NCBI GenBank assembly: GCA_035084275.1
Contig: CM068757.1
Coordinates: 4,960,001 to 5,024,000 of the forward strand
Direction: 5' to 3'
From: Hydrolagus colliei
Lineage: Eukaryota
DNA: 64,000 nucleotides
In this document: piece by piece, positions 49,588-62,959 of the stretch
Layout of the letters: every line of letters starts with the position of its first letter
Numbering within the stretch: the stretch's first letter is position 1
Notes under the pieces: generated by a model
What the model saw: the letters and a program-made list of their open reading frames with translations, nothing else
Database searches by the model: none
Told to the model about the DNA's origin: nothing
Position numbers and translations under genes: made by a program

Positions 49588-50582
49588 TCAGAGGCGAGAA
49601 TACCTCAAACTGCTTACCTTATTATTATTGCAGTCTATCCAAAGAAATGGCAGCTGCATTTTGGATTCAGTGAAACCTCTAATAGATTCAGAAAAATTAC
49701 ACTTGAAATAGACACTTTTGTGCGGATATTTTTTGCTTAACAGTGAAGGATCTCATGTACAGTAGATAAGATTAAGTTTGTAAGATCAAATCCTGTTCAT
49801 ATTGGGGATGTTTTTGCCGATTTTTTATTCCAAGATTATTTGAAGCCAAATTTCAGTGCTCTCCTCATATTATCGTGCAGCCACAATCAAACGTAGCAAC
49901 AGCATCTTTTTTATGGTTGAAAATTAAGCAGTTGAAATTGCAAAATAGTCACTATTTGCAAAACAAAAAAAAACTGCGTGGGCCACCTTCTCGTAAATAA
50001 AGATTGATGTTTGGAGAGCTCTGCTTTAATTATAGATAATTTTAAGTCTGAGCAAGCCTGGCCAACGTCAGTGTTGAAAGGTTAATGAAGCAGTCTGCAG
50101 GATGCTGTGTAATATAAGGTTATACCTACAGCAGTCATTTTAATTACCCGATGGGGCTCCCTGCTGCGGCACAAGCTGCAAAAGGACATTGGTGCACTAG
50201 TTCACGTTGCCCTTATTCACCTGAAAATCTTTCAGCATTCTATTTTTCAGGCATGATTTTCATTTATATCTGCTGTAGGATCATAAGTGGAGGAGGATGC
50301 TTACCACGACCGCATGGCTGTAGAGATCATAATAACGAGTTCATTTGATCTGTGATTATGCATCACAGACATTCTTCACAGTAAGACTCTTAATATAAAT
50401 CACTTACTCCACGGCATAAAGCCTTTATATTAATCCAGTGCTCACGCCAAAATAAGTGCGCATTGGCAAAGTATGAATTGACCCCCTTATTTGAAGAATA
50501 TTGTGGGAACTGATTAATGTTTCATGGAAGGAAGCAAAAAGGAGTTTATTAATGCAGTCATCCTTTCTTATACTTGGGATAT

Positions 50583-50825
50583 TGTAATTATTGCTAACAC
50601 GACTTATCGTGTCTTTGAAACGTCTCACAGCGCTTTACAGAATATAATAATAATTTCCTTTCGTTTTATATTGCACTTTTCACGTCTTCTAGATGTCTCA
50701 AAGCGCTTCACAGAATATACTGTAAAATGAATTGACTGTATATTTGTGGGCAAAATGTGGCAGCCATTTGCATACAGCAGTGTCCCACAAACAGTTGTGG
50801 ATTGAAATGACCAATTTATTATTGT
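50583..50825 (-). mobile_element. Two tandem SINE 3' fragments
   Basis: Old tail ~50583-50645 followed by a tail and core at ~50645-50825. Confidence 0.85.
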
Positions 50826-51630
50826 TTTACATATTTTGTATATTTTGTGGGAGAAAGGACCTGATAGCTCACAAGTGAAATGGAACAGAGTAAGTGCCGC
50901 ATTTTCACCCTGTCGTTTTGAGCATTCTGAACGCACAGCATGGGCTTAATCCCCACCTCCGTAATCACAGGCACCAAAATCCCATTTTCATCTCATGCCA
51001 CATTACACAATATTAATCAACCAATTTGAATATGGAATTGAATGCTGAGCTCAGTGCTGTGAAATACTGAAATATTCTGTCAAAGGTAGAGGATGATCCC
51101 AAATCTCATGCCTTCATCCTGCATTGCATCTGTAAAAAAAAAATGCTTTGGCGTATTGTTGACTACTGGGAAGCAGTGGAAATTGACAGATTTATTGCAA
51201 AATTAGGAAGGAGAATTAATTCTGGTTACCATGATATTACATATGCATGTCTCAACGGCTCAATAAAGTTCTATCTTGCAGAAATTTCTGGGGTCAGATG
51301 TACAAGCCTATCCTCGTTATTACTACCTCCGGCTGCATGCTATTCATAAAACATGCACATTTCCAATCCATTTTCATGTGTACTTAAGGTGAACTGAGAC
51401 TAAGAGCAATCCAAAATAACTAAATTTCAGGCTCTGCAAGACTGTCACATAAGATGTAATTCATATTCAATTTAAACTTTCTCAAAACTTTGATCTATCT
51501 CCCCTCTTCCTCCCCAAATTGAAAACTAATGTCCATTAAATATACTGTATGAGCTGTGTTGCTGAAGGGTGGAGCTTAAGTGTGAAGCTACAACTTATGC
51601 AGTGAATGCACAATTGACAATCCTGTTCCT

Positions 51631-51964
51631 AATAATAATAATAATAATACTCCTTGCATTTGATATAGCACTTTTCACATCTTATCGACATCCCAAAGCG
51701 CTTCACAGAATATACCGTAAAGTCAATTGACTGTTTATTTGTGGGCGAATCGCGGCAGCCAATTGCGCACAGCAGTATCCCACAAACAGTCGTGGATTGA
51801 AATGACCAATTTTACTGTTGCGTGTTTTTTTGGGGGACGGATTATTATTAGGCATGTGGAGTAAGGAAACTTGCCCAAGGTTTCGCCCTGACCTGCCTGG
51901 TTTCGAACACAGGTTTCCCCAGCTTGCAAGATAATTGCTCTAACCACTGAACCACAGGAGTTCC
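51631..51964 (-). mobile_element. Full-length tRNA-derived Deu-domain SINE
   Basis: (aat)n tail, near-consensus core and reversed head (ttcgaac B-box; ctctaaccactga A-box). Confidence 0.92.
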
Positions 51965-52126
51965 TACTGTATACATCTCTCGCTATCTGTTTAACCAAAG
52001 TAAAGCTATTTACATTCAAAACGTCACACACAGTGTCTTTACCAAGGTTTTGTAAAACGGGGAATTCTTCCAAAATACAAACTATCTGTGGCTAGGTTAG
52101 CTATCTGAAGAGCTGCCAGAACTAAT

Positions 52127-52460
52127 ATTAATCCTTGCATTTGATGTAGCATGCTGCAAAACATCTTAACGAGCTTATCAGAGTTTTTTTCTGTAAAGTG
52201 CGGTGACTATGTATTTGTAGGTGAGTGCAGCAGCTAATTTGCATGCATCCATGTCGCACAAACAGCCATTGGAATGAATGGTCATTTGTTGACATGGACC
52301 AATGGAGAAGCTTCCTTTGTGTTTCACAGAGTGTCACGGGATTTTTAATATCCACCCAAACAGATAGATGGGCCCTTGGTTTAACCTCTCATTTCAAAGA
52401 ATTGGATCTCCGACAATCAGACGTTCCCCCAGCACAGCATTGGACTGTCAACTTCGACTT
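52127..52460 (-). mobile_element. Ancient AmnSINE/SacSINE-like Deu SINE
   Basis: Tail aatccttgcatttga, then acgggatttttaatatccacc...cagatagatgggcccttggtttaacctctcatttcaaaga...ctccgacaa...cagcacagcattggactgtca. Confidence 0.7.
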
Positions 52461-52971
52461 TCAGCTCCCAATGTGGAGCCCACCAATTGAGCCAAGCTGA
52501 CACCTAAAAGCAACAGAGGAAATGTTTCCTGTTGAATCATCAAGTAGCAGCTGGTGCAGGTTAACAGGGCAGCATGTGGACAGATATAATTTGTCTACTG
52601 TACTGTGAATGTGGTTATGCCAGCCCTGTTGGAATATTAGCAACAATCCCTGCAGAACCAGAGTACCGTGGCAAGGTGGAAGAGGCCAAAAAGACTGACC
52701 TGGGACCCACTGAAGGCCTGGACCTTTCCAGTGTCTCTGTTGCCTCTTTCGAGAATAAAGTTCATCACTATTATTTTGCTAGTTATTGCAAGGTATTGAG
52801 AGGAAACAATGATTGAGAGCTAATTAGTGATCTCAAATGGAAGATTTCCTTACTGATCTGGATAGGCACCAAGTAGTGGTGGTTATGGTAACTTAAGATG
52901 TTTTGTATACTGTATACATGCATATTTGTTATTTCATTCAAATAGCCTGGGTTAAATGTGTGCACATTATA

Positions 52972-53043
52972 TGTATATTCTGTGAAGCGTTTTGAGATAT
53001 CTAGAACACGTGAAAAGCGCTATATTAAATGCAAGGATTATTA
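52972..53043 (+). mobile_element. SINE 3' tail
   Basis: tattctgtgaagcgttttgagatatctagaacacgtgaaaagcgctatattaaatgcaaggattatt. Confidence 0.85.
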
Positions 53044-55010
53044 AAAACTAAGTCAAAGTTTTCTCAGCACGAGCATTGAGGTAGAGGCTAAATTAAACCC
53101 CTGTCTTTGCTTTTCTTCTCAAAGCCAGAAAATACTTTACCGCTGGCTGGCTGGATGACAAGTGGAATGTTCCAGCATTTGTCTAAGTATGCCTCAGAAG
53201 CAATAACCCAAATATGCTTTTTGTTGTAATCTCCTTACTCTTGTGATATAATTGAATGTTAAATGCTAATGGTTTGCCAAGAAATGGTAAACTTGGAACA
53301 AGGATTTTATAAAATGAAGATGGAACAGCCATTTTGTAGATCTTTGCATCAGGGCCCATGTCATCGCACACTGAGCAATTTGAGCTGAACAGAAACTAAA
53401 TACAGTACTGTACTATACATCTCAGACATCTCACAGGTGCTTTGTCACAAGACATTTTCAGGAAGGCGTTGTTCTTTGTTGCATAACTTGGCATGTGGGT
53501 TTTCTTGAATAATTTGCTAATTTTAAAATCAACAGACTTACAATCGAGTGAATTATTCAGCAATAATGTGGAAAATTTGCCAATAATGTCACATTGTGAA
53601 ATATAGGGTTGATTTGCATTTGGGTTGTGTTAATATGGATACTGATTTTCTGTACTTTGCCATGGCTTGAGGCATCAGCTTATTTTTTTTCTATGTGGGA
53701 TGAATTTTGTTTTGCAACCCCAAAGTGAATTCCTACACATGAATCTTTCTATTATTCAGATACACCTTCATGGCTGCTGCCCTTTCACAACAAATAAAAA
53801 CACCACTCATTCCCCGAGAGAAGTGTCAGAATAGATGCTTTTATGTTTTCTTAAAAAAGTTTCTTGTGTTCATTTCCCACAAAAAAAAACATTTTGTGAA
53901 AATGTGCCAATCTCTTTTTCTTTTCAAACAAGCTTTCATTCCCTATGTTTTTAAAATTCTAAATTTAGCATGTTCATGATATAGATTAAGTGGGTGAATG
54001 TGGGTTATATATCAAATCTTGATAAGATCAAAATACCAGGGCAAAGATTCATGATCCTGTTACTTTTGATTCAATATTCCCTCATTGTATTCCCTCTGTG
54101 AGACTGAACCTTTGATAGATTAGCAAACTTTTCTGAAAGTAAAAAGCTGATCAGTATCACGCATACTGTGGCTCACATCTTCATTACATAATGTGAGATG
54201 CAAAGCTAACCTGACAGGAGGAGGTCAATCCCATTTGTTTCTTAATTGTGTCAAAAACGCAGACTTGCCAAGGCACCAGTTATAAATATTAAAAGGAGAG
54301 GTGATTCAATTTGCCAGGGCATTCCTAAATCACAGGAGGTGGTCTCCTTGCTCCACAAGATCTTTTACTTTACAATATTTTTTTCACACAAAGCATTGGG
54401 CTCTCTTCTAGAAGGCTGTGGACGTTGGTTCGATTGGAATTTGCCACTCTGAGGCTAAAGGATATCTGTTAGGGAAGAGATGTGGATAAAAGTCCAGTAA
54501 ATGCACTTACTCCTCCTCCTATGTTCCTATATTAATAAGAATACATAGTGGAAGAATGGATGTTGCAGAGTTGCACTGTCTATTTGGAGATGTTTAAGAA
54601 ATGTGTACAAGGCATTGAAATATGATCAAGGGCAAGCAGTAAGAGTTCCTGAAAGCTACCGCAAACTGTTGATTGGAAAGAAATAAAACTTGAAATCATA
54701 AATGCCAGGAAGCTCTTGAATGTGACTCCAAATTTCTCATTTCAGTGTCAATCCAAATGTGAATAATATGATATAAGTACTTCTAGCTGATTGAGACCCT
54801 TACAGCAGAAATCAAGGTGACACTTCTGAGAAGTATGAACTGGCATTAATATTGTACAGCGTTTTTTCTACCACTTTACATATTTACATATTCAAACACT
54901 TAAGCTGCCCAAACACACGGCTAGTTATTCACTCGTGTACAATCTTGGTCTTTTCATTAGGAAGCGGAACTCAAAACCATTGAAACTGAAGGTCAATTGA
55001 AGGCAGCAGC

Positions 55011-55075
55011 AACCACAACAACAAAATTACATTTGTATAGCACCTTTCACGTCAGGAGGATGTCCCAAGGCGCTG
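55011..55075 (-). mobile_element. L2 3' tail (hairpin-only copy)
   Basis: aacaacaaaattacatttgtatagcacctttcacgtcaggaggatgtcccaaggcgctg. Confidence 0.9.
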
Positions 55076-57431
55076 GAGAATCAGTATTTCGGCTCAATCA
55101 GCAAAATTGAACAGAAGAAATATAACTGCCAATGGTCCATCAGGTGTACCTGGCAAAGGTTGTACTCCAGTGGTATTGATTTAGACATTGTATTTGCTTT
55201 GAATACAAAAGCGCATTGAATAATTTCTAAAATAAAGCAAGCTGGTATAAAGAAGAATATTTCAGGACCCACAAACACCAAAAAAGTGAGTACTTGTGTA
55301 GTTACTGTCATGAAATCTTATCTGAGCATATTTTACGAAATCTGTCCGTGCATGATAAAATTTCAGTACTGTTGCCAAAAACGCTTAGGACAATTAAGAA
55401 CTATAATTGACAATGCATCTGCTTGTGTGCAGAGATTGAATTACTTTATTTTGGATGCTGTGAGATGCTATGTGAATAGAGTAAATCGAGGCATAGGTGG
55501 AATTTTACATCACATAACATGCCTAAGGATTAATTGGTAAATCATTTGTATATCAAAAACTTGAAAACCAAATAAATGGTACAAAAATATTGTGACTACA
55601 AATGGTTATTTCTATACAGAGAACTGGCTTGGTGCCTTTATAAATTATTGTATAAAATGAGAAACAATCAATTCAGCCTCAGAAGGAATGATGTTCTGCA
55701 GTTCTTTTGTTTCCAATTTTGTAAAACAAATTCAAATTAATTCATTCGCGTATTTCTGAAGTGTTGACAATCAGAATGACACTCTGCAAAATTAAATAGA
55801 TGTGACGGCCTAATAATGGTCAGAGGTGAAGAGGCAGATGGATTTCATTAGCGACTGAAGGAAGTATTGGTCAAGCCATTGCCTGTAATGCAACCTGTTT
55901 TCACAGTGTTTGATTGCGATTAGTTCGAGTTTCATTTTTGAAATCTAATGGAAAGATTCAGCATCTCGGTTTGGAAACTTTGCTTTGATGAATTACTGGA
56001 CAAATAAACCTGTCATTCCTCTGTTATTCCTGTGTTTTTAGAGGTATTGCTATTCATCACAGGTAATGTTATTGCAGCTTTGCATCTTGCAATGTCCTAA
56101 GAGATTAGAATAAATTCCCTGCATTGGAATTTAAAGAATGGATTGAATGGAAAGGGGGAAAACAAAACATGGAAAGAAGGATATAATGTTTTAATAAGGC
56201 GGTGATTGAAAAGACCAAATCATGAGATCACATTATGTTCAGATAGTTCTAGGTTTTCTTTTTCCTTTTCAATATTAAGGATAAAATAAAGGATAGTGTT
56301 TTGTGTTCAAAGTGCCCCTGCTACACATGGAAGAAAAAGATAGCTATAAAAGCCTATTTTCCTCATCAAGAGGAATCCCTTCTCTTTGGTTAAATATACA
56401 AAACCTATGTCTACTCCCAGATCAAGGAAGCTCTATTATTGTCTCCAAAGCATAATATGCTTTTGGTAGATGACATGTATATATTTTATAGGAGTGTAAA
56501 ATGCCATGTTTTATAACAGATTTGCAGTGATCAAATCCATATGAAGTGCCTTTTTCACCATGAGGTTTCTCAAGTCTTAAGTAGTGGCTGAATATCATCA
56601 ACAACTTACATTTAATCAGCTCCTCAGCACGTCCTCCAGATGCTATCAAAATGTAATTTTGTTGTTTTATTTTTTGTTGATGTGGCAACCGTCACAAAGT
56701 TACAAATTGAGTGTTTATTTGAGCTACTCGAAAAATTAGACCATATTGGCAAAACCATATTTTAGATTTCTTTCTGCATTTAGCAAGAAAATCATGGTTA
56801 CTTAAAAAATTCCAGTTCCATGCCCCAAGCTATTTCTGTTCAGTGTGCACAAATGCAGATTAGCCAAAAATAAACACTGAAATAACTGAAATGGTTGCTT
56901 TGTGGTATTTAACAGTTTTTGAGCATTAGCATACAATTGTGCTGAAAGTATCAAAATGGTAATGAATATTCGCCACAGTCAGAACTATATTCAGGTCAAT
57001 TTATCAGGCCTTCAGAATCCATATACAAAGAAATAATTGATTACTTTGTTTGGGTACATTAGTATCAAATACAAGATCAACCAAATCTAACTCAATCTCC
57101 TTCCAAGCTCTAACTTCTCATCCCTAACACTTTCATTCAAAGGACATTATTTCAGAAGGTTTGCTGAGAAGGTGGCAGTATCATATTAATCCCATTATAC
57201 AACCAGAATTGGCAGAGGAATTAAAATCAGTGAGGAAACTGCAGAATTCATCCTCCAGCGTTAAGAGTTATTTCAATGCGCGCAATGTCTGTGATGCTTT
57301 TTTCCATAGTAATGGAATGTAATGGAATCAATCTGTTCCTGATTAAATCAAATAAAATTCTGATGTTAGCAGGTATTTTAATGTCAGCTGACACAGTTTC
57401 TGAAATTAATGGAGAATTCACTCGTATGACT

Positions 57432-57511
57432 TCATAGATTCATAGAATTGTATACCACAAAAGGAGTTCATTCGGCCCATCGAGTCTGTGCCGGCTCTTT
57501 GAAAAGAGCAA
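57432..57511 (-). mobile_element. CR1 3' UTR
   Basis: tcatagattcatagaattgtataccacaaaaggagttcattcggcccatcgagtctgtgccggctctttgaaaagagcaa, the reverse complement of 34800-34881. Confidence 0.88.
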
Positions 57512-58659
57512 TCATGTAAAATATGCAACTTGTGATGGGGCAATTGCTGAGTAAGTACTCTGGGTGAGGGGCGCCATATAAATGCAAGTTTTCTGCCCAA
57601 GTGACTAATTTGTTGTTGCCATTACAAGCCCAATCAGAGTAAAGGGTCATGCTCCCTTTTGAGCTAATCATGGATATCCACTGTCATCTGTTTATTAAAG
57701 CTGAATCTCCAAATAATTGGCCTGTCTATCTGGTCCAGTAGGACATTCACCATCAGAGCAGTCGCTTCCGCAGCTTCTCGCTCCTGTAATTTAATCTCCC
57801 AGTGAATGTCATTTTGCAGCTTGGCAGAGCTTTCTGAAATGCCACCTGTGGTGGCCCGAGTTCTGTAAAACACTTGATAACTTACACTGTTCCTGTAGCT
57901 TTGAACAATTCTCTTGGTATCTGTCCACTGCCTCCCAGTGCAGGCATATTTTGCTCTGCGACACCAGAAACAAGGATAGAACAAGACACAAGGGTAGTAA
58001 GGGATTCTGTAACAGCCAATAGCACTGAATGAACCTTTCAAGAGGATAATGATAAATGTAAGAGCAGTTGGAATTAGCATTGTGCTACATGATCAAATAA
58101 ATCCAATGATCCCATCATTTGGAGCCAATTGCAACTGGCAGGGAGACAGATATCTTGAATTGAGTAGAGAATTGAAAAGAATGAATGTAGTGCTAATTGT
58201 GCGTATGCACTGTAATAATGAATGTCCCTCTGGATGATCTTATTACTCACAGCTATCAGTAAGGATAAGACCATGTAAATAATAAAGGAGTGTTTTAAGA
58301 ACACAAGCGAGTACTGAATTGGAAAATAGCCTTTTTAGCCCGTGGAAGCCCATGCACCGTGTATCATATTAAACGAAAATAAATCTCCCTCTGAAAGTTA
58401 TGAGTGAACACAGATCAAAAGCTCGAAGAAAAGAAGACCAATAACTCTTCCATTAGCTGACAGGAACCAAATGAAAACCATGGATGCAGACTTACCCTGC
58501 GATCTGCAAGTCATCTCAATAATCTTACTGTTTGTTATTTTGGAAATATATTAAATTCCTTTGAAACAGAGTTAGAAAATACATCAGCTGCTTTCTTTTA
58601 AAATGAGAAGTTTGTTCCCACATCCACTGCATTTCTGCTCTCAAGACCTAACATTCTTG

Positions 58660-58800
58660 TGTTTGCCGACTTTAGTGACAGAAATATCGACCACAAATAA
58701 AGAGTCACTACATTCTGCAGTAAATGCTGTGAGGAGCTTTGAAGATCTTTCGGTGATGTGATCAGATACTGTTATCAAAGGCGAGAATTATTATTACTAT
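58660..58800 (+). mobile_element. Diverged SINE 3' fragment
   Basis: ccacaaataaaagagtcac...ctgtgaggagctttga...gtgatcag...tatcaaaggcgagaattattatt. Confidence 0.55.
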
Positions 58801-58964
58801 TTTTTTAACTATTTGAAAGAACTAGTTAAAACATTTTTTTATTTTGGAAGGCGATGTGGAAATAATCAGTGGAGTATGAGATTGGGAGGACTGTGGATTA
58901 TTCCATGTAACACTTAAGAGCGATAAAGACCAATGCTTAAAGCCATGCGATATTCCATTTAATC

Positions 58965-59200
58965 AGTCATTCTCATGGTTGAGTTTTCTCTGGATGAGTG
59001 TGAAATCAGTGCCAATTAGCTGTAAATGATGGGCAGATTTGCACCAAAGGCTGATGCCCTCTAGGAACTGAGTTGGAACTGTCCAAACACATTTCACTTA
59101 GGATCTGGCAGGGAGCAGACAGCATAATTTTATCGGCCCAGGCTGGATTTATGCCACTTTTTATAGTGCTGAAATGGTATGATATGGTTACCTGCTCCAA
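58965..59200 (-). mobile_element. LF-SINE-like element
   Basis: Minus strand aaatccagcc ... cctaagtgaaatgtgtttgg..cagttcctagagggca ... ctaattggcac is colinear with recalled LF-SINE blocks AATCCAGCC, CCTATGTGAAATGAGTTGG, CAGTTCCTAGTGGACA and CTAATTGGCAC. Confidence 0.65.
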
Positions 59201-61465
59201 ATAGTTCTCATCAGAGACTGAAGAGAGTTCCGTATGAAGCATATGTAGTACAATGTACAATGAAAAAGTATTCTGAAATTGAATGCAGTAACACCTGTTT
59301 ACCCATCCAAGTGGGGGCTTAGAATAAAATTTGATATGTTATGCATTTTGGCCCACATTGACCAACAATTTATGACTACAAATGGGACATTTTAAACTCA
59401 ATCGTAACCTATAGATACCATTAAAAACATACACAATTCTTGTTTGTGGTGATGTATTTCAAACAGTGCTTATAAATTTGCAATATGTGGATGAAAAATA
59501 TCGAAACATCTTCAAGCCACAATTTGTGCTATTATGAGTTTCTTCCCATTTGAGTAAGTTGTGTTGCAATGGGAATTTTCATAGCACCCTATCTGTAAAT
59601 AGTTACCACGTTTTTCATTTTGATAATTCCAGCTACATAGCATTTCTTTAAGAAGTGTTTGGTAGATTCACCAATCTTTTGATTGCTTTCAGCAAGTTGT
59701 TTGCAAACAAATTTGTTTCCACATGTTTTCTACAGAGTGAGCTATTTCCAAAGTCTTCAAATGTCTTCAACTCAAATGCTGCGGAAAATATTTGATTTGT
59801 ATTGCATTTCACTGTGACATAAATGCCAGCATATCTTTCAGGAAACATGCTAACGTGGAGAAGATCAAACTCGAATGGAAGAGGGGTATTTCTGATTAAG
59901 ACTGGTGTGCTCAAAGACTGCTGCTGATTTATATTTTATGTTATGGAGATGTAAGATATGCTGATCCATAATATTGTTTCTGTGCGTTTTTCTACATTGC
60001 ATCATCTCACAAAAGCCTTATCTACTTCACCCTGATTGTATCAAGTTGCAGTTTTATTGTAGTGTTGTTGACACTGTAAGCAGAATGTGTCATACTTATA
60101 GGCTTGGCTTCTTTTCATTTCTTTATACTGCAATAGGCAGAATTCCGCAAACAAAATCCATAGACCATCATTATACCTTACTTCACAACTGGACAACAAC
60201 ACATTGTTTGCTGTGCCATCACATTCCTTGTGGTATTTAAACCATCCCCACATGAGATCAATATTCTGTCCCACGTTGCCCTTTGGATCTCTGCCAAAGG
60301 AATCATAGTTTTCTAGAAGATTGATTCCAACAAAAATCATACAAGGACATTATAGACTGACTCTCAACAGAACTCAGAGAATTTAGTCTGAACATTCAAG
60401 CCATGACCTTAATACACTGTAGTTACGAGAGTAATGTTTGAACGATGGCACTTTTACATTGGCTACTTTACTGCAAAGGGAAGGATTATTAAGTGAGTGA
60501 TTTATCCTAATATTTGAAGCATTATGTTTTTGTAACTGTGGCTTTGTTCTGTGATATCCTCATATGATAAATGACTAAAACGTGCACTATAGATTCTTAA
60601 AAAGAGCAAGTTCATTTCCTTTTGCCTGCTATACACACACACACCATCAATTCAAGAATTCACCTTTCTACTTTTCTTAATTGATTCCAGAGCTGTTCCA
60701 CCCCGACACAATGCTGCTACCCTCGGAGTATTTTATTTATCAAGTGGCGAAATAAATAAGGCCAAACACACCAACTTTCTGAAAGCAAAATCTATTACAG
60801 TTAAGCATCTCTCTAAGATGGCCACAGCATCTTTGCTATCATGGTTTGTGTAGTGGAACAGGAGAAAACAATTTATTTTTCCTTTGAATTCCTCAGCAAT
60901 TTAGTTCGTCCAAATGAACGGGGACAAATCTATCCATGGATAAAACTTGCTTTTATCAGGATTGCTCTGGAATAGAATAGGCTGCAATTGCCTATGGCAT
61001 TGAAAAATGCTAATCCATTTTCACTTGACAGTCTTGGATGCAGTAGCATTGCAGGTGATTGCGAGACCAAGACCTGGCTGATCCTCCGATTTCTAAAGTT
61101 AGTGCAGCCGAGCTTTTGGGCCAATTTTTGCTTCAACCAAAGTGATCCTGAACTGCGAGATCCCCACAGAGAATCACTCAATTGGCCTCGAGTCACTAAA
61201 ATCCGATCCTTCGCATTCAAGCGCACTCAGCAGGTTTACTTTTTCTTGGCATCTCTTCTTGTCCTGGTAAGTTAAATAACTTAACCAGCAATCAGAAGCT
61301 GTGCTCATCAAAGCAAATGGTGTATAGCATTCCAAAGCTCCACTGATTCCAATCACCACATTTAATGAAACCACCGGGGGCCTGCCTGAAATTTCTCATG
61401 GGCCTAATTAGCCTGAAGACCACTGTCTTAACGTTTATGGAAAATTGATCGATTCATTGCAATTT

Positions 61466-61535
61466 GAACAAACAAACAAACAAAACTTACATTTATATAG
61501 CGCCTTTCACGTCGAGAGGACATCCCAAGGCGCTG
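61466..61535 (-). mobile_element. L2 3' tail (hairpin-only copy)
   Basis: aaacaaacaaaacttacatttatatagcgcctttcacgtcgagaggacatcccaaggcgctg. Confidence 0.9.
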
Positions 61536-62959
61536 AAACATGGAATCCCCTTTTTTCTTTGCCAGGATGTTTTTCTTAAAAGCAACGCCAGTGGAAAGAT
61601 ACATTTGCCATTTGCCAAGGTAGCTAGGAGAAACATTGCGTGGAAAGAAATGCTTTCACATCACCTGAATCACAGAGAGGTGGGAATTAAATGAGTGGTA
61701 CGTTCGAAAAGCTTTGATGATGAGGATCCAGGGGGTTGAGATCTATCAGTAATGACTGGGTACAGGTCCGTAGCACCGAGCTACAGCTAATTCACATGGT
61801 CAACCTAAACTTTAAATAGGCAATTGCACTGAGAGACACTGGTAATGGTTCCTCTCTGAGGTTGGAGCTATGGGTTATTACTTGGAAATTTAACTTTACA
61901 GCCAATTAATTTGTGCCACACCTGATCGGGAATGTTTGATGTTAATAGTAAGTGCAGAAAGCCAATAATGTTCCTTTCCCCAGCAAAGACTTCCCTTATA
62001 ATAAATAACAACAATGCTATTTGGGTTTGATATGGCAATTTATCACTTCGTTGAACATCTCAAAGCGCTTCACCGAAAAGCGGATTGTTGGCAAAATGTC
62101 TAACGAAGCCACAATCAAAACAGTGTTTGTTTTTCCCAAAAGCAAAGACACAAGAACAATTACTGCTTCTAAATACATTTCAAGAACTTCCACACCTCTG
62201 TGTTTTGTTCAGAAGGTTAACCCCATCCACTGGAGAGCCGTACTTTAAGTGATGAAACACGATCCAGTTGTAACCCCCCCTATTGAAGGTTTAGACAATG
62301 GCTGACAGTCTCCATTGCACATAATACTCCCTGTAGTTTTTTTTTCAGTTCTTATACAGCTAACTCTGCCATAGCAATAAGACCCTGAGGAAATCGGAAA
62401 ATCTATTAAAGAGAGCTTATTTCCACCTGGATTCATAGAAATACTGAGAATTTTAAATCCCTTTGAAAGAGATTATACTTCAATTCTGATATTCATGGCT
62501 CATATGTGGCAATATATATTGTGTTCATTAGATCTAATCATCTCAATTCTTATGTGAAAAATTGATAGAATATCTTTCCACAGAATGCCTCCCATTTCAA
62601 AATGATTTAAGCTTGCCACAGTTCCATTGCATGCTCTGAAGTGACATCTTAATTCCTCTGCTCTGTTAAATGAAATATTTTACATCTAAAAGTGTCTTTG
62701 ATGCAGCGAGTCAGTAAATATGATCTGTGAAGCACTTGAATACACTATTAGGACAATGATCTGAACAGTTATATGTAAACAGAAGAGAACAGATATTTTG
62801 AGATTGTGATCGTAAAATGAAACCAGCACAATCACCGTTCGAAAACTGATTTATTTACAGTTGCTCAATTCACCTTGAATTACTTAGAATTAACAGAACT
62901 TTTGTCTATAGTCATAAATAAATGTTAAAAATCATAATAAAATAATAAAAATAGCTGAA

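Noticed and set aside
52655-52760. Protein-like peptide EPEYRGKVEEAKKTDLGPTEGLDLSS after an acceptor-like site
   Set aside because: No good donor and no recognised homologue.
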